Shown: one piece after another, positions 39,816-50,536 of the stretch
Position numbering within the stretch: position 1 is the stretch's first letter
How the letters are laid out: each line of letters starts with the position of its first letter
NCBI GenBank assembly: GCA_963791435.1
Contig: CAWBSL010000003.1
Coordinates: forward strand, 289,136-353,135
From: Candidatus Dormiibacterota bacterium
Lineage (GTDB): Bacteria > Chloroflexota > Dormibacteria > Aeolococcales > Aeolococcaceae
Reading direction: 5' to 3'
DNA: 64,000 nucleotides
Position numbers and translations under genes: made by a program
The notes under the pieces: model-generated
Seen by the model: the letters and a program-made list of their open reading frames with translations, nothing else
What the model was told of the DNA's origin: nothing
Database searches by the model: none

Positions 39816-39975
39816 TGTGCGTTTTTACCGGCTGACGTGACGGTGACGGGCTGAGAGATCAGACGAAGCCGGCATCGTCTGCGTTGGTGACCTGGAGCGA
39901 CGTCGAACGCGGCTGACCGCCGAATGGTGTGTCAGGCTGATCCGCCGTGGAGCCGACCGTTCCTGGCCATCGAGG

Positions 39976-40575
39976 TTGGGTTTTCAACCGTGCGGTGTCT
40001 ATATGGGGGTGATGCAGGTCAGCGTCGAACCCGCGGTCTACCCCACGAAGCCGAAACCGGCGGTCGTCGTCCCCGACCCCGACGAGCGCGTCGCCGCCCT
40101 TTACATCGCGCACTACCAGCAGCTTGTCGGCCTCGCGACCATGCTGAGCGGAGGCCGCGCCGCGGGCGAGGAGATCGCGCAGGAGGCCTTCGTGACCGCT
40201 CTCCAGCACGAGCGGCGATCGCCCGGGTACCTCATAGATCCAGTGTGGCCGTGGCTGCGGATCACGGCTGTCCGGCTCGCAGGTCGGAACCGTCAGCGCT
40301 TGCTGCGTGAGGAACTGCTCTATCGGTTGCCCGGCGTCAATGCGGATACGTCGGGAGCTTGGGACGTCGAGACGCTCGATCTCATTCGGGCCTTGCGCCG
40401 GCTGCCGCCGAGGATGCGGCTGTGCGTGATCCTGAGTCATGTCGAGGATCAGAGCACCGCGTCGATCGCCGCAATGCTCGGGTGTTCGACCCAGAACATC
40501 GATGCCCAGCTGCGGAAGGGACGAGCGCGTCTTCGTACGCTGCTCGGCGAGCGCTACATCGAGAACGAGGACTAG
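39976..40575 (+). CDS. ECF-type RNA polymerase sigma factor
   Basis: Region 2 (EEIAQEAFVTAL) and region 4 (VILSHVEDQSTASIAAMLGCSTQNIDAQLRKGRARL). Confidence 0.7.
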   Translation: MGFQPCGVYMGVMQVSVEPAVYPTKPKPAVVVPDPDERVAALYIAHYQQLVGLATMLSGGRAAGEEIAQEAFVTALQHERRSPGYLIDPVWPWLRITAVRLAGRNRQRLLREELLYRLPGVNADTSGAWDVETLDLIRALRRLPPRMRLCVILSHVEDQSTASIAAMLGCSTQNIDAQLRKGRARLRTLLGERYIENED

Positions 40576-40583
40576 GTTCTGCC

Positions 40584-41623
40584 ATGACGGACCACATCGA
40601 CATGCTCACGTACCACTTGAAGCGAGCCACCGCTCAAGTTGCTGCAACGACGCCGCTCGCTCCGAAATTTGCCCCTTCGGTTGTTCGACACCAGGTCGCG
40701 GCGGGGCATCGAGCGACGCGCCGCAAGCTCCTTCGTTCGCGGATCGCGGTCGCATCTCTGCTCGTGACGGCCGTGGTGCTCGTCTCCGGCACGGTTTATG
40801 CCGGAATGACACTGCTTGAGTCGCAGACGCAAACCGATGCGGGCGCCGCCGCAGTCTCTCACCAGAACCTTGGGGTCGTTCTCGATCTCTCACAGACGCG
40901 CGACGGAGTGAGATTCACCCTGCTACGTGGTTACGCCGACATCAACCGGGTGATGATCACGTATCAGGTGCAACCGGTCCGTGCTGGAATCCTGTTCGCC
41001 GGTTTCGCGACGCCAACCGGCGAGCCGTCAGTCGCGGATTCGTTCGGGCAGGTGCTGCGTGGGTATGACGCTTCCTTTCAAACAGATCCGCAGACCGATG
41101 AGTCAGTCGGGATCGTCGTCTATGACGCCTCGTCGGCAACCGTGGATGTCAAGCAACTCTCCCTGAAAGTCGCTATCCCTGGGCTGCGAGTGCAGAGCCA
41201 GAGCGGAGCAACGCTTGTTGGACCGTTCGCGTTCGATTTCACGGTCCCTGTGTCATCGGGTCAAATGATCGTGCTCGGCAAGACCGTCGTCGTCCGCGGC
41301 GTCGAGGTGACCGTCGGCAGGGTGGTGGCGACGCCATCGGAGACCCGTGTCTACCTCCGGTCCGCCACTGTGCTCGGAGCGTCGACCCATATGTCTCCGC
41401 TTACATCACGGGCCAGGGCTACGACTCAAGAACGGGGACGATCACAACCCCCGCAGAGCTTGTCGACATGGGGTCGACGTTTCGGGAGCCGGATGGGGAA
41501 GAGGTCATCACGTTCAATCACACGCTCTTTGGGAAACGGGGCAAATTCACCTTGACCATTGCCAGCATCGGCGCCGACACAAGGGTCGTCGGGCCCTGGG
41601 TGTTCGACTTCGTCGTTCCGTAG
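40584..41623 (+). CDS. putative anti-sigma factor / membrane protein with repeated extracytoplasmic beta domain, frameshift near 41390
   Basis: Single TM (IAVASLLVTAVVLVSG); two similar repeats ending VGPFAFDFTVP and VGPWVFDFVVP, the second in a different frame (ends 41623). Confidence 0.5.
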
Positions 41624-41949
41624 CCCAGGGAGAGCACGTGGGCACTGGCAGGTCCTACGGGTCTCCTCAAAACTGCCCATAGACTTCGATCGCCGCAAAC
41701 GCTAAGCTGGTGTCCTGAGCACCTTTTAGGGGGATAGGGGATGAAGGTACTGCTCTCGCCGGCTGATCAGAAGTCGCGCCCGGCAGTGGCTGGCGGATGT
41801 GCACGAGGATCTCGACTTGATCCGGTATCCAACGCGCCTTCAACTGCTCCGCGCAGTGGACGAAGCAGCGCGCCGGGCGGAAAGTCTCGCGCGCCTCGAA
41901 TACGCGTTGGAGCGCCTGCCCTAGCGCCTCACCGCGCGCCGCTACCTGG

Positions 41950-42481
41950 TCAGATGCCGGCACCCAGCATCGCCATCGGGTTTGCGCCGGTTGTCGCGTC
42001 GACGAACGTCACGAAGTTGCAGCCGCTGGTGTCGTTGACACCGGGCCCGGAGCTCGGTCGGCCTTCCGGGCCCATCATCTGGCAATTGACGCCGTCCCAA
42101 CTGATCGCCCAAACCAGTAGCCGGTCGATGCCCATACCGGAATCGCTGAGGACGCCGAGTTCGATCGAGGTCGGCTGTCCCGTTCCACAGGAGACGTCAG
42201 ATCCCGGTTGCGAGCACAACGCGATGGCTTCAGACGGAGTGAGTTTTGGAGTGACAGTCCCGGGCGGGTCGAGGTTGTGGCCCCAAAGCCCGGGTAGCTC
42301 ACGCTGCGAATCACGGATCGCCTAAGCGTCGACGCCTCAGTTCTCGATGACCGGGCAGCGACATGCGAGGCTGACAGCTCCGCGTTGCCCGTCGCGAGAT
42401 GGGCGATGTTCGGCTCCGCAGGATGTCACTGCGACGACGGACGCAACGAGCGCGATTGTCAATGTCACACCGAGACGAACC
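41950..42481 (-). CDS. putative small lipoprotein, frame-disrupted
   Basis: A GTG-start lipoprotein signal VTLTIALVASVVAVTSCGA at ~42481 runs into a stop, while a secreted-looking C-terminal segment continues in the 41950..42219 frame. Low confidence. Confidence 0.25.
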
Positions 42482-42632
42482 CAGCTGGACGACGGAGTTC
42501 TGTTCGTGTGCGTTGGACCTCACTAAGGCGATTGCCAGGATCGGCTTCCAGTTCACGAAGCGTAGCTCAACCCATTGACACGCGCCGTGTCGCTCTGGTT
42601 TCAGCTGATGAGGCGTCTGTTCGCCGTGGACG

Positions 42633-43498
42633 TCAGGGGTTGTGGTCATTGAAGTTGATGCAGAGGTTGGGATTCGGCGGCGCTGCCACGAACAACGTGT
42701 CGCCAAATGCACACACGGTTTCGGACGCGTTGAGAACCTCGACGATCTTTCCGTCGTAATCGCCGGTGCAGCTGGCGAAGGAGATGGAGGAACTCGTCGG
42801 CGTCCCGTCGATGCAGGTGCCTGCGACGAAGGTCTCGGCGACAGTCCCCTGCGGAACGTTGGCGCTGTTGTTGTTCTGATTGGTGTAGATCCAGATACCA
42901 GCCACCAGTGCGATGGCGAGGACCGGCATGACGACTCGCATGACCTGTGCCCTGCGTCCCATGGGCGTCCCGCGGAATGGGGGAGGCGTTGTCGGCATCG
43001 GTGGCGGGCCGACGGGAGGCGGGCTGACCACCTGCACGCCACCGATGCCGTCGCTCGCGGGCGTTCCCGCTTGGGCCAGAAGTGGCGGCGGCTCGCTGCA
43101 ACGGCAGGCGACGGCGCACCGCTCTCGCGGAGACGGCGCATGTACTCATCGCCGCTGATCGCATTGGTGGTGTACAGGATGGCGAGCTGATTCAGCGATT
43201 TTGCCCATTGCAGCTCGGTGCCGGAGAGGTTGACGCCACGGTTGCACACCGGGCAGATAAGCATGTGCTGGCGCTCGTAAGGGATGACCGGGATGAAGAA
43301 GAGCGTCAGCCAGCGGCGCACCTGGACGAGGTAGAACCAGTTCGAGTTGCTGCAGTTCCGGCACCACTGAAAGAGAACCGGTCCCGCGTGGTGGAACGTG
43401 CGCCGCCCCCAGCCGAAGATGACCACAATTCGCCTCCCGGGCCCATCGTGCAGAGACTTCGCGCCAGACGCGGATGCGCGGTTGTTCCTCGCGGTCAC
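42633..43498 (-). CDS. zinc-ribbon domain protein with Pro-rich linker, single TM and small extracytoplasmic domain; probable frameshift near 43050-43100
   Basis: N-terminus FFIPVIPYERQHMLICPVCNRG (zinc-ribbon-like) in the 42311..43498 frame; Pro-rich PPPVGPPPMPTTPPP, TM VVMPVLAIALVAGIWIY and a Cys-containing domain in the 42633..43037 frame. Confidence 0.4.
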
Positions 43499-43596
43499 CG
43501 TATCGGGCAGCTCAACGTTCCCCGTGGTCCGTCGGATACTGGTTACAGTTTCGGGGCACTCGCGTCGCGCGAGGAATCGATGTTTTGGAGGGTCAC

Positions 43597-44265
43597 ATGG
43601 ACGCGGGGTTGGTCGACCAGGTCATTGAGGTCGCGCAGCGCGTGGTGGCGAGCGGAGCCATCTCGGCCAATGGGCACGGCAACGTGAGTCTTCGCGTACC
43701 TGGCGAAGACGAGATCTACTTCACGGCAGGGCCGTCACTCCGCAACCACGCCGCGGGTGCGGTCGTACGCATCGGCCTGGACGGCGGGCTCCGGGAAGGC
43801 GAGCTCCCGCCGATCCAGGGAGCTGTGGTTGCGATGCACACCGCGATGTACGCGGACAGCAGTGATGTCGGCTGTGTCATCCACACGCATTCCACCTACG
43901 CGACGGCGTTTGCGGCCGCGCATCGGCCGATCGGCTGCTGGATCGAGGCGCTGGCGATGTTCGGGCTGCCCACGGGCGTGCCCGTTGCCGCCTACGGCCC
44001 GCGTGGGTCTGAGCAGTCCGTTGCGAACATCCGGTCGGCGATCACTCCAGGAGTGCCGGCCGTGCTCCTTGCCAACCACGGTGTCCTGGTGTTCCACCGG
44101 ACGCCGGACCTGGCGATCCTCGTCGGCGGTATCGTGGAGGAGGCCGCTCAGGCGGGAATCCTCAGTGCCGGCATCGGCGGTCCCGTCGAGATCCCCGCAG
44201 AGCTCCGCGCTGCAGCGCTACAGCGCGCGATGACCTTCGAGGCGCAGGGGACCGTTCGCGTCTGA
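43597..44265 (+). CDS. class II aldolase/adducin-family protein
   Basis: ANGHGNVSLR and HTHSTYATAFAAA motifs typical of fuculose-phosphate aldolase-like class II aldolases. Confidence 0.65.
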   Translation: MDAGLVDQVIEVAQRVVASGAISANGHGNVSLRVPGEDEIYFTAGPSLRNHAAGAVVRIGLDGGLREGELPPIQGAVVAMHTAMYADSSDVGCVIHTHSTYATAFAAAHRPIGCWIEALAMFGLPTGVPVAAYGPRGSEQSVANIRSAITPGVPAVLLANHGVLVFHRTPDLAILVGGIVEEAAQAGILSAGIGGPVEIPAELRAAALQRAMTFEAQGTVRV

Positions 44266-44446
44266 CTTTCAGGATCCCGCTACACGTGGCGGTGAAGGTG
44301 CCGTCGGTACCTGCGCACCGCGAGGAGAACGACCCAGACGATCGCGGCGAGAATCAGAAGGCCGAACAGCAGCGGGATGATATGGACGGTGATGCCGGTC
44401 ATGGGATCTAGATGGTAGTCCGATCACGCGGCCTCCACAGGAAAGT

Positions 44447-45300
44447 TCATCCTGCAGCAACGGGTTCCTCGGGATCGGTGTCACCGACAATCCATCCCGC
44501 TGCGGCGAGATCGGCGATCTTGTGCGCGAAACCGTCGTCCTCGACGCTCGGCAACACCTCGGTGGCCGCGTTCATCACCGCGGCGTCGGCCGAGCCGACC
44601 GAGTAGCTCCGGCCGGTCATCCGGAACATCGCGAGATCGTTCGGCATGTCGCCGAAGCTGATCGCCGACGCCGGCGCGATGCCGAGCGCGGCAAGAGCGC
44701 GGCGCGTTCCCGTTCCCTTGTCGACGCCCTCCGCGGTCACGTCGAGCACGGTCGATCTCCCGACGTGGCTCAGTGCTGCGGAATCAGCGCCGGACGCCAC
44801 CAGGGCCGCGATGCGAGCGAGATCGCCGTCCCGGTGCCGGACCGCCATCGTGCAGCACGGCGTCGCCGCGAGCTCAGCAGCTTCGATGACGATGCGCGTC
44901 GGCCCATGCGGTTGCGTCGGGCTGAGGCGGTAGTACTCGCCGGTCATCCGCCACAAGTCGCCGTCGTAGCTGGCAACACCGGCGCCCGCACCCATTGCGA
45001 TCTCGACGACGCGGCGGATCTCGGTCGCCGCCATCTCATCCATCCACGTTCGCGCTTTCTCCTGGGACGACCAGCCGATGGCGCCCGAGCAGCACACGGA
45101 CATCGTGGTCCGCTGCGCGAGCGCCTGGAAGTGCTCGAGACCCTGGGGGTTCGCGCCGTCGCGATGACGAACGCGATGCCTGAGGCCCGGACGAGGTCCA
45201 GCGCCTCCAGCGTGGCGGCCGAGATGGAGAAATCCGAGCGGACCACCGTCCCATCGAGGTCGGTGACAACTGCCTCGATGTTCACCTCGGCCAGCATCAT
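44447..45300 (-). CDS. HAD-superfamily hydrolase (Cof-like), frameshift near 45150
   Basis: N-terminal DLDGTVV motif (44944..45330 frame) and C-terminal GDMPNDLAMF motif (44447..45409 frame). Confidence 0.55.
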
Positions 45301-45629
45301 GGCTGACCGGCCCCGAACCGAGTGGGTCACGACGGGCTACTCGCCGCGACCCACTCGTGTCAGCAGAGGTCGAGGGCCGCGGTGCCGACGCGGAGGTGTG
45401 CTTGCGCACGAACCCGAGCGTCGATCAGGTGCGCCGAGCGGCCGTACAGGAAGACTTCCTCGGCAGCGGCGAGTGCCTCCACCTGGGTCGGCTGGATGCG
45501 GTTGCGGGTCGAAGCCTCGACCATGTCGCGCGATCGCTCGCGAGCGAGCTCCAGGAGCGCCTTCGAGTTCATCATGGATCAGATCGTACAAGGCAATAAG
45601 GACAGAATCCGTCCTATATACTACCAGCG

Positions 45630-46622
45630 ATGGATGTCTCTCTCAGCCGCCTGCTCAGCCTTCTCGAGCTCCTTCAGGTGTACCGCCAGCTCACTGCCGA
45701 GGAGATGGCGAGCCGGCTCGAGGTGAGCCCCCGGACGGTGCGTCGATACATCGCCGGGCTCCAGGACATGGGCATCCCGGTGGAGACCGAGCGCGGCCCC
45801 GCGGGCGGATACCGGCTCCGGCGCGGCTTCAAGCTCCCTCCGCTGATGCTCAGCAACGAGGAGGCGCTGGTCGTGATCATCGGCCTCCTCGCAGCGCAGC
45901 GCCTCGGGCTGAACGCATCAGGGACGGCAGTAGAGGGAGCGCTCGCCAAGCTCGACCGGCTGCTGCCAGAGGCGCAACGCGCCGAGGTCCAGTCCATGCA
46001 GGATTTCGTCAGCCTCGGGCTGTCACCGGTCGCTCGAGATCACGCCGATGCCGAGACGATCCTCCGCCTCAGCACCGCTGCGCGCGATCGGACCGGGGTT
46101 CGTCTCACCTACAGGTCCGGTGCCGGTGAGGTGACCGAACGTGTCGTGGATCCATACGGAATCGCGTTCCAGAGCGGTCATTGGTACCTCGTCAGCTGGG
46201 ACCACTTCCGCAGCGCGATGCGGACGTTCCGCCTGGACCGGATGGTGGCGACTGAGGCGACGTCCGAGACCTTCGAACGTCCGGAGGACTTCGATGCGGT
46301 TGCCTATGTTCGACAGGCGATCGGCCAGGCCGTGTACGGCACCCGGTGCGAGGTGCTGCTCGCGCTCACTCCCGAGCAGGCGGCGCGGCGCGTCTCGCCG
46401 ACCGACGGCACGCTCGAACCGGCCGAGGGCGGCACCGTGCTGCGTTTCAGCGCGGACGACCTTGACTGGGCTGCTTCGTACCTCGCGAGCCTCGAGTGCG
46501 ATCTGGTGGTGCTGCGGCCGACGGAGCTCCGCACCTCTCTGCGGATGATCGCGAGGCGGTTGCAGGCAGCGGGGCGCAGGCGGCGACCACCGGCGAAAGC
46601 CGAATCGCACGGCTCGTCGTAA
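45630..46622 (+). CDS. WYL-domain transcriptional regulator (HTH-WYL-WCX)
   Basis: N-terminal HTH (RLLSLLELLQVYRQLTAEEMASRLEVSPRTVRRYIAGL) and WYL region YGIAFQSGHWYLVSWDHFRSAMRTFRLDRM. Confidence 0.75.
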   Translation: MDVSLSRLLSLLELLQVYRQLTAEEMASRLEVSPRTVRRYIAGLQDMGIPVETERGPAGGYRLRRGFKLPPLMLSNEEALVVIIGLLAAQRLGLNASGTAVEGALAKLDRLLPEAQRAEVQSMQDFVSLGLSPVARDHADAETILRLSTAARDRTGVRLTYRSGAGEVTERVVDPYGIAFQSGHWYLVSWDHFRSAMRTFRLDRMVATEATSETFERPEDFDAVAYVRQAIGQAVYGTRCEVLLALTPEQAARRVSPTDGTLEPAEGGTVLRFSADDLDWAASYLASLECDLVVLRPTELRTSLRMIARRLQAAGRRRRPPAKAESHGSS

Positions 46623-46840
46623 GGCAGCCGCTACACGCCCGTCACACGAGTGGAGGGTGTCCCGCAACGTCGCGCGACCAAACTCAAGCCATGACCTTGT
46701 CCGCCGTCGCCGTGCACCCATCCGCGCAATCCACCGCGCCGTGCCGATGAGGCTGGTCAACGCGCTGAAGGACGATCTTTCGGAGGCGGATCTCGCGGTG
46801 TTCGGGGTCGAGGATCGCGAGGAGATGGCCATGCTCGCGG

Positions 46841-47323
46841 GTGTCGAGTTGTCCGAGTCGAAGTCTTGCCGCGCTCCCTGATCGCCAGGCGTTTCTGGCC
46901 GAGGCGACGCGCCACGTCGCGCATTCCCGTCGCAGCAAGCACCCACTCTGCCTGGCGCTCGTGGCGTTCGATCACGGCACGACCGGTGAGGGCGCCGAGG
47001 GGCACGCCGCCGAGGAGAAGTTCCTCCGCGATGCAACCGTGCGGTGGCGCGACATTCTCCGCACCGAAGACCTCATGGGGCGTTGGGGCGAGGACGAGTT
47101 CGCGATCATCCTCGTCAACTGCACCACGGTCAGCGCTGTTCACCTGTGCTGGCGTCTCCGCGAAGCAACCCCGAAGGGGCATTCGTTTTCGGCCGGCCTC
47201 GTGTCCTATCAGGGGACGGAGACCATCGACGACCTCGTGGAACGGGCCGGCGACTGCCTCGAGCAGGCGTCCGCCAAGGGACGGGATCGGACCGTCGCCG
47301 AGGGCCTCGTCGACCTCGACTGA
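46841..47323 (+). CDS. GGDEF-domain protein with degenerate active-site motif (RWGEDEF); N-terminal boundary uncertain (may begin near 46657 in another frame)
   Basis: LALVAFDH...RWGEDEFAIIL matches the GGDEF core, with the second Gly replaced. Confidence 0.45.
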   Translation: MSSCPSRSLAALPDRQAFLAEATRHVAHSRRSKHPLCLALVAFDHGTTGEGAEGHAAEEKFLRDATVRWRDILRTEDLMGRWGEDEFAIILVNCTTVSAVHLCWRLREATPKGHSFSAGLVSYQGTETIDDLVERAGDCLEQASAKGRDRTVAEGLVDLD

Positions 47324-47601
47324 CTGTCCCGCGAGGGACGGAATGCGGTCCTCACGGATTTTTTGCTACGTCGTTTCAGTGCGTCCGCGCTGAAAAAAAG
47401 TTCTTGACTGGAACCCGGATTCGTGGTATGTTTGTTGTCACGTTCTGATCGTCGGGGTGAAAACCCGTCCGGCTTGATCGAACCGCACGAGCTTCGTAAG
47501 TCTTTTCGAACGCTCGCTTTGCGGCGTGCTCCGCGCGGCGATCGCCCATACTGCGAAATCCCGCCGCTGCACGAATGCGGTAATCAGCCAAGAGTGAGCA
47601 C

Positions 47602-47841
47602 ATGACCGATTCGCACCCGCCCGAAGATCCGCCAGAGCACGAGAAGAGCCGGCTGCATCGCTTCGAGGACGCCGTCCACGACCGTTTTGTCGCCGCCGAG
47701 GTAGCGGCTGAGGAGGCGGCGGGATTCGGTTCGCTCACGGCGGCTCGAGAGGCCGCCGAGGCCGCCGTAAATCCGGACCACGAACTCGGTGGCGATGACG
47801 AGCCGGAGGCTGAACCGGCCTCCGAACAGCCCAAGGAATAG
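47602..47841 (+). CDS. small acidic hypothetical protein
   Basis: 79 aa, Glu/Ala-rich; the ORF follows a non-coding leader; no known motifs. Confidence 0.3.
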   Translation: MTDSHPPEDPPEHEKSRLHRFEDAVHDRFVAAEVAAEEAAGFGSLTAAREAAEAAVNPDHELGGDDEPEAEPASEQPKE

Positions 47842-47854
47842 GTCACCGCGTCCC

Positions 47855-48700
47855 ATGTGGTGGGACGAGCGTCAGCCGGGCGGGAGGATCCGGTCGCTCA
47901 TCTTCATGGGCCACCCGGGTCCATCGATCCTGGTCACCGTCGTGCTGGTGGCGATCGTCGGACTCGCCGGCAGAGGTATTCCGGACGGGCTCCGCATCCT
48001 GCAGCTGGTGGGGGCGATGCTGCCGGTGCAGCTCTGCATCGGCGTCATCAATGACGTCGTCGATTTCCCCGCGGACGCTGTGACAAAGCGGCACAAGCCC
48101 TTGGTTCGCGGTGTCGTCTCGCCGTACGCGGCGGCGATCGTCGGCCTGCTGCTCGCGGTGATCGGCCTCGCGGCGGCGGCAACGATCAACCCCCCGACAC
48201 TCGGGTTCGACGCGCTGGCACTCGGCGCCGGCCTCTCCTACGACCTGGGATTGCGCCGCACGCCACTGTCGTGGGTGCCGTGGTGGGGCGGTATGGCGGT
48301 GCTCCCGCTCGAGGGATACGCGTCGGTGGGCTCGATCCCCTCGCGGCTCCTCGTGCTGATTCCGCTCTCCGGCCTCATCGCGCTCGGACTGCATTTCGCG
48401 AATGCACTCCCGGACATCGATGGTGATCGGCTCGCCGGTCGCCGCAGCCTCCCAGTCCTCTTCGGCGTGAAAGGCTCTCAGCTCGCCGGTCCTCTGTTCC
48501 TGGCTGCAGCCGGAGTGCTGGCCGTGGCTCTTGCCGGCCCGCTGGAACAGGCCGGGCTCGTGTTCATTGCAGGCGTCGCCGTGTTCGTGATCGGCCTCCT
48601 CGCAGTGATAGCAACGCGCTCGCGCACGCCGTTCCCCGTGCTCGCCGTGGCGACGGCGTTCTTCGCACTCGCGTGGCTGGCGTCATTGCCGCGGACCTGA
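47855..48700 (+). CDS. UbiA-family prenyltransferase
   Basis: INDVVDFPAD (NDxxDxxxD) and DIDGDRLAG second Asp-rich motif; multiple TM helices. Confidence 0.7.
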   Translation: MWWDERQPGGRIRSLIFMGHPGPSILVTVVLVAIVGLAGRGIPDGLRILQLVGAMLPVQLCIGVINDVVDFPADAVTKRHKPLVRGVVSPYAAAIVGLLLAVIGLAAAATINPPTLGFDALALGAGLSYDLGLRRTPLSWVPWWGGMAVLPLEGYASVGSIPSRLLVLIPLSGLIALGLHFANALPDIDGDRLAGRRSLPVLFGVKGSQLAGPLFLAAAGVLAVALAGPLEQAGLVFIAGVAVFVIGLLAVIATRSRTPFPVLAVATAFFALAWLASLPRT

Positions 48701-48749
48701 TCCTGCGCGTATGACGCCACGGGTCGCTGCCCGCGGATATTGCGGCCGG

Positions 48750-49253
48750 CTAGAACCGGTGGGTCGTGTGTGTGAACGTCCCTTTGCCGAAGGCCATCAC
48801 CTTCGTAGGTGGCACGGCGAAGACCTCAGGGTCGCCGCCGTCGGGATCGTAAAAGCGGCCGTCGCGAACCTGGTATTGCCAACGCCCGTCCCATTTATGG
48901 GTCCACGCTTCAGCCAGGCGGGAGAGCATGACGTCGTCTGTGACGGCCGCAGCGTCCCCTTCGACCATCACGTCGAGGCCATCGGCCCAAGAGTTGCATC
49001 CTGTTGTCAAGACGACGTGATTGTTGGCACGCAGGTTCAAGGCCTTCTGCTCGGTCCCACCGGTGCAGAAGTACAGGATGTCGTCGAGCCACACGGCGAC
49101 CAGGGGCGTGACATGCGGTCTGCCGTCAGCTCGCACCGTGGTGATCCAGAACAACTCCGCGGCTTCCAAAGTTTGCTGCGTCTCGCTCCACGAAGTGGCC
49201 GTCGTGTCTGGCTGGCTGAAACGCGTATCAATGCGGGTGACCGGGTCACTCAT
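48750..49253 (-). CDS. pyridoxamine 5'-phosphate oxidase-family (PPOX/F420-dependent-like) protein
   Basis: AELFWITTVRADGRPHVTPLVAVWLDDILYFCTG split-barrel pattern. Confidence 0.55.
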   Translation of the reverse strand: MSDPVTRIDTRFSQPDTTATSWSETQQTLEAAELFWITTVRADGRPHVTPLVAVWLDDILYFCTGGTEQKALNLRANNHVVLTTGCNSWADGLDVMVEGDAAAVTDDVMLSRLAEAWTHKWDGRWQYQVRDGRFYDPDGGDPEVFAVPPTKVMAFGKGTFTHTTHRF

Positions 49254-49478
49254 GTCGTGTTTGCCTCCAGGACCCAGGGACCGACACCGAGTGTCGGAGA
49301 TGCCGAATCGTACCGCCGCGAACGCGTGTTCGAGCGGCGGTCGTGATTGTGGACTGATGGGGATCACCCGTCGCCTAGACTACGGGCGTGGCAACCGAAT
49401 TCTCGAGTGCTGGCGCTGGCACCGTTTTCGTACTGGCGTTGGTAGACGGGAGCGTTGGTTTCCGAAAGCCCTGATCCA

Positions 49479-49553
49479 GCCCAAGTAGCTCAGTGGTAGA
49501 GCAACGCCTTGGTAAGGCGTAGGCCGTGAGTTCAATCCTCACCTTGGGCTCCA
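49479..49553 (+). tRNA. tRNA-Thr (anticodon GGT)
   Basis: GCCCAAGTAGCTCAGTGGTAGAGCAACGCCTTGGTAAGGCGTAGGCCGTGAGTTCAATCCTCACCTTGGGCTCCA, CCA encoded. Confidence 0.8.
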
Positions 49554-49610
49554 TGCGCCCGACGCCCGCCGTATCTCACCGCGTCCTTGTCACGAGCGCC
49601 ACAGGGGCGA

Positions 49611-50390
49611 ATGGCAGGGGACGAGACGGATACTGTTTGCATGTTGATCCAGGCCTGCGTCAACGGATCCCGGCTCTCCGCCGAACACCCGCGGTTGCCG
49701 GTCACCCCGGAGCAGATAGCGCGTGACACTGCAACGCTGCAACGTGCGGGCGCCGGGTGCCTCCACGTCCATCCGAGACGCGCCGACGGGATGGAGTCGC
49801 TCGCCGCCGCCGACGTCGGCGCGGTGCTGCAGGCAGTTCGCGAAACATGTCCGGGGATCCCGGTGAGTGTGAGCACCGCTGCGTGGATCGAGCCGGATCT
49901 GCGCAACCGCTTGTCGAAGCTGGAATCGTGGTCGGTGCTCCCTGACTTTGCATCGGTGAATCTCAGCGAAGGCGGCGCCCTCGCGGTCATCGATCTGCTC
50001 AACGAGCGTGGCGTCGGCGTCGAGGCCGGCGTGTGGAACATCGACGACGCTCGCGTCCTGCTCGACAACGGGTTGGACGATGCGTGTGCGCGCGTTCTCG
50101 TTGAAGTGGAAGGCGAATCCGACCCCGAAGCTGCGGTGCGTCTCGCCGCAGCCATCGACTTCATCCTCGACGACGGGCTCTCGCAGGCGCCGCGACTCCA
50201 TCACGGAGGCGGACTCGCCACCTGGACTGTGCTCGCGGCCGCAATCGACAAGGGACACGACGTGCGCATCGGCCTGGAGGACACGCTCGTCCTCGGCAAC
50301 GGCCGGGCGGCGACGGACAACGCCGAGTTGGTGGCCGCCGTCGGCGCGATGGCTGTGGCGTGCCGCCGCGCGCTCGAAACCATCCCCTAG
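49611..50390 (+). CDS. 3-keto-5-aminohexanoate cleavage enzyme family (BKACE/DUF849)
   Basis: IQACVNGSRLSAEHPRLPVTPEQIA N-terminus typical of BKACE TIM-barrel proteins; the exact start is uncertain (ORF track 49587). Confidence 0.55.
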   Translation: MAGDETDTVCMLIQACVNGSRLSAEHPRLPVTPEQIARDTATLQRAGAGCLHVHPRRADGMESLAAADVGAVLQAVRETCPGIPVSVSTAAWIEPDLRNRLSKLESWSVLPDFASVNLSEGGALAVIDLLNERGVGVEAGVWNIDDARVLLDNGLDDACARVLVEVEGESDPEAAVRLAAAIDFILDDGLSQAPRLHHGGGLATWTVLAAAIDKGHDVRIGLEDTLVLGNGRAATDNAELVAAVGAMAVACRRALETIP

Positions 50391-50536
50391 CGATTCCGAC
50401 AGCGCCCGCATTGGGAACGCCGCGAGGCGCACGAACCGCGTTGATCCGAGCCCGGACGCAGGCATTGCGGGCGGAACCAGCAGATAGTCAAGCAACAACT
50501 TGACTATGCGCATGTGGTGCTCGTATACTCAAGCAC

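Noticed and set aside
41667-41963. 98-aa minus-strand ORF and 41741..42325 plus-strand ORF downstream of the anti-sigma gene
   Set aside because: No motifs, and the composition is consistent with non-coding or antisense sequence. The better explanation for 41950..42481 is a frame-broken lipoprotein gene, itself of low confidence.
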